Assembly (NCBI GenBank): GCA_963772835.1
Contig: CAVYYZ010000024.1
Location: forward strand, 128,001-192,000
Length of the DNA stretch: 64,000 bases
Direction of reading: 5' to 3'
Source of the DNA: an uncultured delta proteobacterium
Lineage (GTDB): Bacteria; Desulfobacterota; Desulfuromonadia; Geobacterales; Pseudopelobacteraceae
Part shown: piece by piece, positions 38,305 through 50,621 of the stretch
How the letters are laid out: the number at the start of each line of letters is the position of its first letter
How positions within the stretch are numbered: position 1 is the stretch's first letter
Position numbers and translations under genes: made by a program
Notes under the pieces: generated by a model
The model's database searches: none
The model's input: the letters and a program-made list of their open reading frames with translations, nothing else
Told to the model about the DNA's origin: nothing

Positions 38305-40014
38305 AAATATTTAAAACGTTATTCTTCTCTACGCTGGCTTTTGCAACATTATGCGCCTCTACTCTTGCCCACGCCATAACCGTTGATACGGGCCCCGCAC
38401 CGGCAGCACCGGCGGTACCGCCGCCCCTCAACTGGCACGCCATTATCATGTTTCTTATTTTTGTTGCCGTTACCCTGATCATCACCTACTGGGCTGCAAC
38501 ACACACCAAGAACCGCGTCCGATTTCTATGCTGCAGGACGCGGTGTTACCGGTTTTCAGAACGGTATGGCTATTGCCGGCGACTACATGTCGGCCGCGTC
38601 ATTCCTGGGTATCGCCGCTCTGGTCTATTTCAACGGTTTTTACGGCCTGATCTTTTCGGTCGGCTGGCTCGTCGGTTGGCCAATCATCCTGTTCCTGGTT
38701 GCAGAGCGCCTGCGTAACCTCGGTAAATACACTTACGCCGATGTTGTCTCCTTCCGTCTCCAGCAGAAACCGATTCGCATCATGGCGGCCATAAGCTCAC
38801 TGATCGTCGTCATCTGGTATCTGATCGGCCAGGCGGTTGGCGCCGGGCAGTTGCTACACACCCTCGTGCCGCAGATGTCCTACCGAATGTCCATCGTCAT
38901 CGTAGGTGTATTGATCGTTCTCTATGTTACCCTGGGCGGTATGAAAGCGACAACCTGGGTGCAGATCATCAAGGCCGGCCTGCTGCTGGGCGGTGCATCA
39001 GCAATGGCGTTTGGCGTTATGCTTCACGAGGGATTCAGCTTCGCAAAACTGTTCTCTGACGCAGTAGCGCTTCATCCAAAAGGCATAAAAATCATGCAGT
39101 CAGTAGTGCCAATTGGAGCCAAGGCCAATCCGATCGAGTCTATCTCTTTGGGGCTGACGTTGATGTTCGGTACTGCCGGCCTGCCGCACATCCTGATGAG
39201 ATTTTTCACCACAACCGATGCCAAGGCTGCCCGTAAATCTGTTTTATACGGTACCTGCTTCATTGGCTATTTCTACATCCTGACCTTCATCATCGGTTTC
39301 GGCGCCATCATTCTCGTTGCCAACAATCCTGAGTATGTGGTCGATGTCACTAAAAACATTCTTGCTCTCAAGGGCGGCGGCAGCATGCCGGCCATTTATC
39401 TGTCGCACGCCATCGGCGGCAACTTCTTCCTCGGTTTCATCGCCGCGGTCGCTTTCGCCACCATCCTTGCCGTTGTATCCGGGCTGACACTGGCAGGCGC
39501 CTCGGCTCTGTCACACGACATCTATGCGAGTGTTATCATGAAGGGTAATGCGGTCGAGAAAAAAGAAGTGTGGGTATCGAAGATGAGTGTTATCGGTCTG
39601 GGTGCACTCGCCGTACTCCTCGGCATTGCCTTTGAGAAACAGAACGTTGCCTATATCGTGGCGCTGACATTCTCGATTGCCGCCTGCACCAACTTCCCCA
39701 TTCTGGTACTGTCAGTTTTCTGGAAAGGCCTGACCACACGCGGAGCGGTCATGGGCGGTTATACCGGTATCTTCGGTTCTATCATACTGTTGATCATCGG
39801 ACCGACTGTATGGACCAAGGTGCTCGGTAACGGGCCGGCTATTTTCCCGTATGATTTTCCGACCTTTGTTGTACTGCCCCTGGTGCTTATCGTTGCGTAT
39901 GTTGCATCTGTAACGGATGGCAGTGAGAGCGCAAAGAAGGAACGCGCTGCATTCGAGGCCCAGATGATCCGGGCCGAAACCGGCTTGGGTGCCGAGGCGG
40001 CTGCCGAACATTGA
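38301..40014 (+). pseudogene. actP: Cation/acetate symporter ActP, frameshifted near 38511
   Basis: Removing one A at 38511-38512 restores [11 protein letters not shown] and a 570-aa ORF with [54 protein letters not shown]; may be a sequencing error. Confidence 0.85.
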
Positions 40015-40038
40015 TACATGTGAGGTAATCTCCACTCA

Positions 40039-40071
40039 GATTGGCTGCCGGAAATTCTCCGGCAGCCAATC
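40039..40071 (+). terminator. Hairpin terminator after actP
   Basis: Perfect 14-bp stem GATTGGCTGCCGGA / TCCGGCAGCCAATC. Confidence 0.65.
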
Positions 40072-40250
40072 ATCTTTCCGGGCTGCAGCTTCTTAATAAT
40101 AAATATGTAGTTATATTCTTCTTAAAGAGTACGGCACACCAGATGGTAGAACATCACCCGCATGGGTTTTTCAGATAAGCTGGTATGTTGTGCCGGTATG
40201 TGGATGAAAAAAGGTTTAATACGCATATGAAATAGCGTGTGATCTCTAGC

Positions 40251-40283
40251 AAAATAGCCGCTCATTTCTGAGCGGCTATTTAT
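40251..40283. terminator. Bidirectional intrinsic terminator
   Basis: AAAATAGCCGCTCA-TTTC-TGAGCGGCTATTT. Confidence 0.75.
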
Positions 40284-40284
40284 A

Positions 40285-40408
40285 TGTCGAACCGGGAAGG
40301 GTGCACCGCAAGGCGGCCCTTTGTCGCCCTTATTCCGAATCGCCGTAGCGGGTCCGCATGTACGGTGGTTCGGGGGAGAGGTGGCCCATGTCTCCTTCCG
40401 AACCCGGC
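40285..40408 (+). mobile_element. Group II (class C-like) intron remnant: domain V and VI plus a possible 5' end, no ORF
   Basis: GAATCGCCGTA-GCG-GGTC-CGC-ATG-TACGGTGGTTC (40337-40371) folds as a short IIC-type DV with CGC triad, followed by a DVI-like hairpin; lies directly after a terminator. Confidence 0.65.
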
Positions 40409-40416
40409 AAATGGAC

Positions 40417-40608
40417 TTACTTGGGCTCAGGAGTTTGCGCTGGTTCGGGGTTTGGCGCGGGCTCAGGGTTAGGAGCAGGATCCTCTGCCAAAACTATTTG
40501 CTTGATCTGCCTGGAACTGCCAAACGAACCATTGTCAGCAGCGAAAACAACGGCTGAGTAAGATGAGGCAACAGCCAGAAATACAAATGTAATAATTGTT
40601 TTTTTCAT
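40417..40608 (-). CDS. Small secreted protein with Pro/Glu-rich repeat tail
   Basis: AAGGAG RBS; MKKTIITFVFLAVA...VFA signal peptide; DPAPNPEPAPNPEPAQTPEPK. Confidence 0.7.
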   Translation of the reverse strand: MKKTIITFVFLAVASSYSAVVFAADNGSFGSSRQIKQIVLAEDPAPNPEPAPNPEPAQTPEPK

Positions 40609-40689
40609 GGTGTGATCTCCTTCGGAGTCAATGTTGCGTTGGAAACGCCTGTAAAAAATCTTCAGAAAATCCATTGTATACTGTTTTGA

Positions 40690-40905
40690 TTACAAATCAC
40701 CCCCCCCATTTTTAGGATCCTTTCTCTCTGGTAACGGAACTAAGGACCAACTCTGCCTGCTCTTTACAAAAACCGGTACGTGATGCTTATCGCATTTTGG
40801 AGGCGCTTTTATTGTTATTCCGTCATAAAAATGAATGAGATTATCATCCTCAAAAAACTCCCCCTGATAGAGGCCGTTTTCCTCATTGAAAAAATAGGCT
40901 TTCAT
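40690..40905 (-). CDS. Small hypothetical protein (71 aa)
   Basis: MKAYFFNEENGLYQGE...ITIKAPP...VPVF...W pattern; GGGGG RBS. Confidence 0.7.
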   Translation of the reverse strand: MKAYFFNEENGLYQGEFFEDDNLIHFYDGITIKAPPKCDKHHVPVFVKSRQSWSLVPLPERKDPKNGGGDL

Positions 40906-40981
40906 TTAAAAACCCCCAAAAAGAGATAGTTAAATCATATGCATACGCATGGTAAAAGCCTAATAAATTTATTGGCAGAAT

Positions 40982-41000
40982 CTATAAAGAAAGTATAAAG
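40982..41000 (-). promoter_or_regulatory. KdpE-box-like site
   Basis: Minus strand CTTTATACTTTCTTTATAG versus the E. coli kdpFABC KdpE site TTTATACTTTTTTTACA. Confidence 0.55.
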
Positions 41001-41145
41001 ATAATGTCTGTGGAGGTGTTTTGGGGGGGGTATTAGAGGTTGTTAGCACATTAACACTAATTGCATGCCGGGCTCTTGGCGGCGAACCGGCAGTTGAATT
41101 TTTGTTAATTCATCATTGTATTATTTGTACGTCGTGAAAAACGGC

Positions 41146-42681
41146 CTACCCACCAAATCTGTTGCGATAATATTCTCCGCCGCGACGCCGCAGGACCGCC
41201 AGGTGATAGATCTCGTCGTATTTAACGGCTGCATCCTCCCAGGTGAACCGCTTCTTCATGCCGTTTTTACGGAGCGCAGTCAGACCTTTTGGGTTGTTGA
41301 AAAAAGTCCAAGCAGCCCAGCCGATTGTGTCGAACAGTGCCGTTGCGCTGTGATTCCAGAATTTGAACCCATCGCCGGTCATAACCGCCTCGTTGAAGTT
41401 TTCAACGCTGTCATCGAGGCCGCCGGTAGCACGAACGATCGGAGGCGTGCCGTAGGCAAGAGAATACATCTGATTAAGTCCGCACGGCTCAAAGGCGGAC
41501 GGCATGACAAAAAAGTCGGCTCCCGCTTCAACCTTGTGGGCGAGTGCTTCATTGTAGCCTATGTAACAGGCAAATTTTTCAGGATACAGGGCGGCGATGT
41601 CGCCGAAATAGAAATGTGCCCACGGTTCGCCGTTGCCGACCACTACAAATTGGCAATCGACCTCCATGATACGGTGAATGGCTTCGGCCAGAATATCTGT
41701 ACCTTTCTGCTTTACCATCCGTGACACGATCCCGAACAGTGGTACGTCGTCCCGCTGCGGCAGTCCCATCGCCGCCTGAAGATCGCGCTTGCAGGCCGCC
41801 TTCCCTTTTTTAACGGTACGGGGGGAATAGTTGGCGGCAATGAAAGGGTCGACTGCCGGATCCCATTCCTCATAATCAACACCGTTCAGGATGCCGCTCA
41901 AATCGGCCGAACGATCGCGGATTGCGCCCTCCAGGCCCCAGCCAAATTCGGCAGTCTGAATCTCCCGGGAATATTCCTCGCTGACGGTATTGAGCAGGGT
42001 TGCGTGATATATGCCCCCTTTCAACAGGTTGACCTGGTCATCCATTTCGAGTTCGAGGTAGTTAAAATGCTTCCAGCCGATGCCGAGGACGTCCATCAGA
42101 CCCGGATAGAAATTCCCCTGATGCTGCATGTTGTGAAGAGTCAACAGTGAAGCGGAGTTTCCGACATACCGGTCGTGCAGATACGAGCTGTTCAGCAGGA
42201 CCGGGATGGCCCCGGTGTGCCAGTCGTGGGCATGGATCACATCAGGCGAAAAGTCGAGCATCTTGCAGAGCTCAAGCGTGGCCTTTGAGAGGAAGACAAA
42301 ACGATTGTCATTGTCAAGATATCCTACACCATCCTGCTGATAGAGACCGGCACGTCTGTAATACTCCTCATGCTCCAGGAAATATACCGGTACATCGCTT
42401 CCCGGCAGACGCCCCTCCCAGACACCGCAGTATTGGTGACCGATGATTCCCATCGGAACGACCAGCGTTCCCGGCAAAAGCTTCAACCCGTATTTTTCGG
42501 GTTTGATGCTGACATACCGCGGCAATACAATCCGTACATCATGGCCCATGCGGGCAAGATATTTCGGCAGTGCTCCGACAACGTCACCGAGGCCCCCTTC
42601 TTTGGCGAAGGGCGCGGCTTCAGAAGCTGAGAAGAGTATGGAGAGCGGTTTGAATGTTTTCTTTGCTTGAGTTGCTGGCAT
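41146..42681 (-). CDS. glgA: Glycogen synthase
   Basis: KEGGLGDV, HAHDWH, HNMQHQG, GILNGVD, SRMVKQKG, MPSAFEPCGLNQMY. Confidence 0.96.
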   Translation of the reverse strand: MPATQAKKTFKPLSILFSASEAAPFAKEGGLGDVVGALPKYLARMGHDVRIVLPRYVSIKPEKYGLKLLPGTLVVPMGIIGHQYCGVWEGRLPGSDVPVYFLEHEEYYRRAGLYQQDGVGYLDNDNRFVFLSKATLELCKMLDFSPDVIHAHDWHTGAIPVLLNSSYLHDRYVGNSASLLTLHNMQHQGNFYPGLMDVLGIGWKHFNYLELEMDDQVNLLKGGIYHATLLNTVSEEYSREIQTAEFGWGLEGAIRDRSADLSGILNGVDYEEWDPAVDPFIAANYSPRTVKKGKAACKRDLQAAMGLPQRDDVPLFGIVSRMVKQKGTDILAEAIHRIMEVDCQFVVVGNGEPWAHFYFGDIAALYPEKFACYIGYNEALAHKVEAGADFFVMPSAFEPCGLNQMYSLAYGTPPIVRATGGLDDSVENFNEAVMTGDGFKFWNHSATALFDTIGWAAWTFFNNPKGLTALRKNGMKKRFTWEDAAVKYDEIYHLAVLRRRGGEYYRNRFGG

Positions 42682-42682
42682 G

Positions 42683-43327
42683 TTATTTCGGCACGCTCTC
42701 CCAATCCTTCAGGAACTTCTCAATGCCGGCGTCGGTCAGGGGATGCTTGGCCAACTGGATCATAACCGAATAAGGGATGGTGGCGATGTCGGCACCTATC
42801 AGGGCCGAGTTGAGGACGTGAATCGGATTCCTCACGCTTGCCACGATGATTTCAGCCATGTAGCCGTAGTTGTCAAAAATGGTGCGGATTTCTTCAATGA
42901 TACCCATGCCGTCCTGCGAAATATCATCGAGGCGTCCTACAAACGGGGAAACGTAGGTGGCCCCTGCTTTGGCGGCCAACAGTGCCTGCATGGAGGTGAA
43001 AATAAGGGTTACATTGGTTTTGATCCCTTTTTCGGTAAGAGTTTTACATGCTTTGAGGCCTTCGGGAGTCATCGGCAGTTTCACGACAATGTTCTTGTGG
43101 ATTTTGGCAAGCTCTTTTCCTTCTTTGATCATACCGGGAGCATCCAGAGAAATAACTTCTGCTGAAATCGGACCGTCAACGATAGAGACGATCTCCTTGA
43201 TGACGTCCTTGAATTTGCGTCCCGATTTGGCAATGAGCGACGGGTTGGTGGTTACGCCGTCAACCAGCCCGAGTGCATGGGCTTCCCGGATTTCCTTCAC
43301 GTCTGCTGTATCGATAAAAAATTTCAT
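42683..43327 (-). CDS. tal: Transaldolase (FSA/TalC type)
   Basis: [44 protein letters not shown]. Confidence 0.93.
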   Translation of the reverse strand: MKFFIDTADVKEIREAHALGLVDGVTTNPSLIAKSGRKFKDVIKEIVSIVDGPISAEVISLDAPGMIKEGKELAKIHKNIVVKLPMTPEGLKACKTLTEKGIKTNVTLIFTSMQALLAAKAGATYVSPFVGRLDDISQDGMGIIEEIRTIFDNYGYMAEIIVASVRNPIHVLNSALIGADIATIPYSVMIQLAKHPLTDAGIEKFLKDWESVPK

Positions 43328-43418
43328 CTGTTCCTCCAGTTAGAAAGTGTGAAATATGTTCTGTTGATGTGTGTGTAGAGCAAATAGTCTGTTAACGTAC
43401 AAATTGCTACTGTCGTGG

Positions 43419-43682
43419 CTATGGCTGTGACGGGTGGTCGAGCTGCTCACGATATTTTTCAAGACAATTCATGGAACAAAAATAGTGCCGCTTACCGTCA
43501 TGTCTTCCTATGACTGCGGTTTCCCCGGTTACATAGATTCCGCAGACCGGGTCGCGGAACGTTTCCTCGCCGGAGTCCCGATTTCCGGTAAATTTTGTCG
43601 ACGGTTTTTTTGCAGAAGTCAGCGATACAATTATGCGGTAGCCGATGTAGAGCAACAGGCCTACAACTAAAAATCTGATCAC
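43419..43682 (-). CDS. YHS/TRASH domain membrane-anchored protein
   Basis: N-terminal TM; DPVCG.YV...HYFCS..C. Confidence 0.85.
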   Translation of the reverse strand: MIRFLVVGLLLYIGYRIIVSLTSAKKPSTKFTGNRDSGEETFRDPVCGIYVTGETAVIGRHDGKRHYFCSMNCLEKYREQLDHPSQP

Positions 43683-43696
43683 GCGTATTCCTCCGC

Positions 43697-44185
43697 TTAT
43701 AATTTGACTACAGTCTCGTCTGATTTCAGAGAGGTAAGCAGCTCGGCAACTGTCTTTTCGGTCAGTGGGTGCATCAGCTCCGGTGCTATTTCACAGAGAG
43801 GCTGCAGTACGAAGCGGCGCTCCGCCAGTCGTGGATGCGGTACTACAAGGTTTTCGTCGTTAATAGCCGCGTCTCCGTAGAGCAGAAGATCAAGGTCCAT
43901 TTTGCGTGGGCCCTGGTGGATTGTTCTGACCCGTTTGAACACTTCGCCCTCAATACGCTGCATCTCCGCCAGCAACGCGTGGGGGGAAAGAGCTGTTTCG
44001 AGCCGGAGTACCGCATTATAGAACGCATCCTGTGTAACAGTGCCGACCGGCGATGTCTCATAAAACGCCGAGAGCGCTGTAACCCGGCTGTCCGGCAGTC
44101 TGCCGATTTCTGAAACGGCCCGCAGCAGGTTGAGCTCACGATCCCCGAGATTTGAGCCAAGTGCTATGTAGGCATCAGTTCTCAT
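43697..44185 (-). CDS. folK: 2-amino-4-hydroxy-6-hydroxymethyldihydropteridine diphosphokinase
   Basis: AYIALGSNLGDR, YETSP, FYNAV, GPRKMDLDLL, VPHPRL.ERRFVL.PL. Confidence 0.95.
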   Translation of the reverse strand: MRTDAYIALGSNLGDRELNLLRAVSEIGRLPDSRVTALSAFYETSPVGTVTQDAFYNAVLRLETALSPHALLAEMQRIEGEVFKRVRTIHQGPRKMDLDLLLYGDAAINDENLVVPHPRLAERRFVLQPLCEIAPELMHPLTEKTVAELLTSLKSDETVVKL

Positions 44186-44239
44186 GGATTGATTAAAACA
44201 TAACCGTACAGGTGCGTCAACCGTAACCCCTTAAGCCGC

Positions 44240-44316
44240 AAAAAACACCCCGGCAACTAGGAGGGGAAGTTGCCAGGGCAGATGAGGATTCTTTGGAATC
44301 CTCGCAAAGTTATCGT
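44240..44316 (-). ncRNA. Candidate small RNA with anti-SD loop
   Basis: TTGCCA-N17-TATATT promoter (44351-44323), hairpin GAGGATTC-CAAA-GAATCCTC, terminator CCCTGGCAAC-TTCCCCTCCTA-GTTGCCGGGG-TGTTTTTT; ends estimated. Confidence 0.5.
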
Positions 44317-44395
44317 ACGTTTAATATATCCTTTTGCAGCCGGTATGGCAAGGACTAATATACTGTAACTTGCCGGTATTGCACATAAAAATATG

Positions 44396-45319
44396 CTAAC
44401 ATTTCTCTTTTGGCAGGATTTTATCCTCTCTGTTTGCCTCTGCCGATACATGGGGTACAGACGCTGCAAGACCTTCAGAAAGGGATGCATACATGAGTGA
44501 AACGCCCAGTCGATTCAGCATCAGGCTGTTATCGATAACCCGTGACCGGCTGACGTATGAAAACATCAGTGGTGACATGACCTCGCGGGCTTCGATCAGT
44601 GTAACCTGCGGTTGTCGCGGATAACCGAGGGCATCCGCACAGGCATTGAAATACGACGTCATGCTCGAAGCGAAACCGTCGCTGACGTTAAAAATGTCGC
44701 CATCCACCCCTTTTTCTGCTGCGGCGATACAGATCGCGGCAAGATCATCTGCGTGGATGCGGTTACTTGGACCGGATTCATCCTCACATAACAGTGGCTG
44801 CCCCTGGCTGATCTGCGTCAACGGAAGCCGCCCCGGACCATAGATGCCGCTTACACGAAGTATGACGACAGGAACGTCGCAATCAGCTCCGTACCGGAAA
44901 AAGGCGGTTTCGGCATCGAGCCGGCGCCTGCCCATAGCTGTATCCGGAGCAGTCACGGATTCTTCCGTTACCACGCCGCTGCCCGCTTCGCCATATACCG
45001 AAGTGGCGCTCATGTAGACGACTTTCGCAGGACGCTGCGCTTTTGAAATATGCGCGATAAAGTTTCTGGCACGGGTATCCGTAACTCCCCCGCCGGGAGG
45101 CGGTACAAGATAGAAAAGTATCCGCTCCGCAACGTCAATTGCCGGAAGTGACTCCACATCATCCAGTGAGGAGATAACCACTGTAATGCCTGCAGACTGA
45201 AGCCGGGCTGCATGTTCAGGGGATCGTACCATGCAGGTGACGTCTGCCCCGGATTCATGGTATGAGCGCGCGAGCCGTTCGCCGATGTACCCGCATCCGG
45301 CTATACATATCTTCAACAT
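44396..45319 (-). CDS. NAD-dependent epimerase/SDR family protein
   Basis: IAGCGYIG, YLVPP, SATSVYG, LRVSGIYGPGR, NRIHADDL, FNVSDG. Confidence 0.88.
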   Translation of the reverse strand: MLKICIAGCGYIGERLARSYHESGADVTCMVRSPEHAARLQSAGITVVISSLDDVESLPAIDVAERILFYLVPPPGGGVTDTRARNFIAHISKAQRPAKVVYMSATSVYGEAGSGVVTEESVTAPDTAMGRRRLDAETAFFRYGADCDVPVVILRVSGIYGPGRLPLTQISQGQPLLCEDESGPSNRIHADDLAAICIAAAEKGVDGDIFNVSDGFASSMTSYFNACADALGYPRQPQVTLIEAREVMSPLMFSYVSRSRVIDNSLMLNRLGVSLMYASLSEGLAASVPHVSAEANREDKILPKEKC

Positions 45320-45337
45320 GACTACTCTCCGGTTTCC

Positions 45338-45604
45338 CTATGCCAACAAAGATTTTACTATCGGGTTTAGCGCTCCGGTTGCAGAGTCGACTGCCGCCGT
45401 GCGCTCGACGGGTCCCATAAACTTCCACAGATATTTCCTGGCTTTTTTCTTGTTACCGGCGACCGTTTCGGCCATTTTGCACAATATTCCGATCGGTACC
45501 CCGTTCCGGTATCCCTGTACCAGTTTTTCAATCTCATCAGCGCGCTGCTTTTCCGTCCAGGTCTTGAACAGTGACGCTCCCAGGTCATTGGTGCTATTAA
45601 GCAT
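45338..45604 (-). CDS. Hypothetical protein (88 aa)
   Basis: GGAG RBS; compact ORF co-oriented with the SDR gene. Confidence 0.7.
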   Translation of the reverse strand: MLNSTNDLGASLFKTWTEKQRADEIEKLVQGYRNGVPIGILCKMAETVAGNKKKARKYLWKFMGPVERTAAVDSATGALNPIVKSLLA

Positions 45605-45626
45605 ATACGTCTCCGGAGGAAGAAAT

Positions 45627-45656
45627 AAAAACCCCCCGCAGATTACTCTGCGGGGG
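45627..45656 (-). terminator. Terminator after por
   Basis: Minus strand CCCCCGCAG-AGTAAT-CTGCGGGGG followed by GTTTTT. Confidence 0.7.
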
Positions 45657-45683
45657 AATTGTGACAGAATCTACAGCAGGAGA

Positions 45684-49259
<3,576 letters not shown>

Positions 49260-49412
49260 GAACTGCCTCCTCTTTTTTGGATTACGTCAAACAGTCTTTT
49301 CTACGAAACAATAACAGCAAAAAATTTGAGATGATAACAAGGCGGCGGGGAAGTGTCGGCCGGTGAATCAGCCGATGAAGAGCCAACATCGTTAGTGCTC
49401 CAGGTGGCGCTG

Positions 49413-50006
49413 TTACAATTCATTTCTTCCTTGAAGCGCCCACTGCACAGTGGCCGCATCGACAAATTCAATATCGCTTCCAAGCGGAATGCCGTGTGCC
49501 AGACGACTTATTTTAACCCCGGTCGGTTTCAGTATCTTAGTCAGATAAAGTGCCGTGGCTTCACCCTCTACGGTAAAATTTGTGGCAATCACCACTTCGT
49601 GAACTGAGCCTGTCCCGACACGGTCCACAAGCTCCGCGATCCTCAGATTGGACGGTCCGATACCGGACAGAGGCGAGATGGCTCCCTCCAGGACGTGATA
49701 GGTTCCCTGATATGCATTGCTTCGTTCCAGTGCCATCAGGTCCTGAGAATTTTCAACAACACAGATTATGCTTGAATCCCGATTGCCGGAGCAGACAGAG
49801 CATAGTTCATTTTCCGTAATGGCAAAACAGGTTGAGCAGTGACGCACACGATCCCTGACATCACAGAGTGATTCCGACAGGGCTGTCAGGTTCCGCGGAG
49901 ATTTGAGAAGATGAAATGCCAGGCGGAGTGCAGTTCGTTCTCCAACCCCCGGCAGTTTCTTCAATTCTCCTACCAAGCGCATCAATGAGGATGATTTTGT
50001 TAACAT
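49413..50006 (-). CDS. recR: Recombination mediator RecR
   Basis: LPGVGERTA.RLA, C4 zinc finger, YHVL.G.ISP, ATNFTVEGEATA, RLAHGIPLG. Confidence 0.96.
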   Translation of the reverse strand: MLTKSSSLMRLVGELKKLPGVGERTALRLAFHLLKSPRNLTALSESLCDVRDRVRHCSTCFAITENELCSVCSGNRDSSIICVVENSQDLMALERSNAYQGTYHVLEGAISPLSGIGPSNLRIAELVDRVGTGSVHEVVIATNFTVEGEATALYLTKILKPTGVKISRLAHGIPLGSDIEFVDAATVQWALQGRNEL

Positions 50007-50052
50007 AAATTCCGGAACAAATAAAACATTTTTTTAGTATTATAGCGTGGTT

Positions 50053-50166
50053 AAAAAAGAAGCTCCCCCGCTTTGGAAGGATCGGGTGATGACCGAAAAC
50101 CATGGAGGAGCATTAAAGCCACACTTTTGACTGCGCCGGTTCTGCAGAAGGAGGCGCGATAAACAA
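50053..50166 (-). ncRNA. Candidate small RNA / terminated leader between ybaB and recR
   Basis: TTGACT-N17-TAATAG(T) at 50201-50173; two CCTCC motifs; GCTCCTCC...GGGGGAGC stem followed by TTCTTTTTT. Confidence 0.35.
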
Positions 50167-50258
50167 CACCTACTATTAGCCGAACTAAAACATTTAGTCA
50201 AATTAAAATAGCAAATATGGTACGGAGAGCTCAATAACGCTCTAACTACATGATATAT

Positions 50259-50573
50259 CTAGAAAAGACCGGGTATGCTCATGCCTCCGGTGATTTTGGA
50301 CATTTCACTCCCCATTTCGGCATGAACTTTCTTCAGAGCCTCATTGGCAGCAGTAATGACAAGGTCCTGCAGCATTTCAACGTCATTCGGATCCACCGCT
50401 TCTTTTTTTATTTCCAATGAAATTATTTCATTTTTACCGTTTACCGTAATTGTTACGGCACCGCCGCCGGAGGTCGCTATGGCAGTTTTCAAGCTTGCCT
50501 CTTCCTGCAGTTTGGCCATTTTCTGCTGAATCATCTGAGCCTGTTTCATCATATTTGCTAAACCCTTGGACAT
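50259..50573 (-). CDS. ybaB: YbaB/EbfC nucleoid-associated protein
   Basis: MMKQAQ.IQQKM, SGGGAV, VDP.DVEMLQDL..AA.N.AL. Confidence 0.95.
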   Translation of the reverse strand: MSKGLANMMKQAQMIQQKMAKLQEEASLKTAIATSGGGAVTITVNGKNEIISLEIKKEAVDPNDVEMLQDLVITAANEALKKVHAEMGSEMSKITGGMSIPGLF

Positions 50574-50621
50574 CTTCTCCCCCTAGTATTATTTTATTCT
50601 TATCCGGTAACGGCAGAAAAC

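Noticed and set aside
40284..40472. 62-aa ORF over the intron-like element
   Set aside because: No RBS, starts right after a terminator, and overlaps the antisense small gene; RNA structure explains the sequence better
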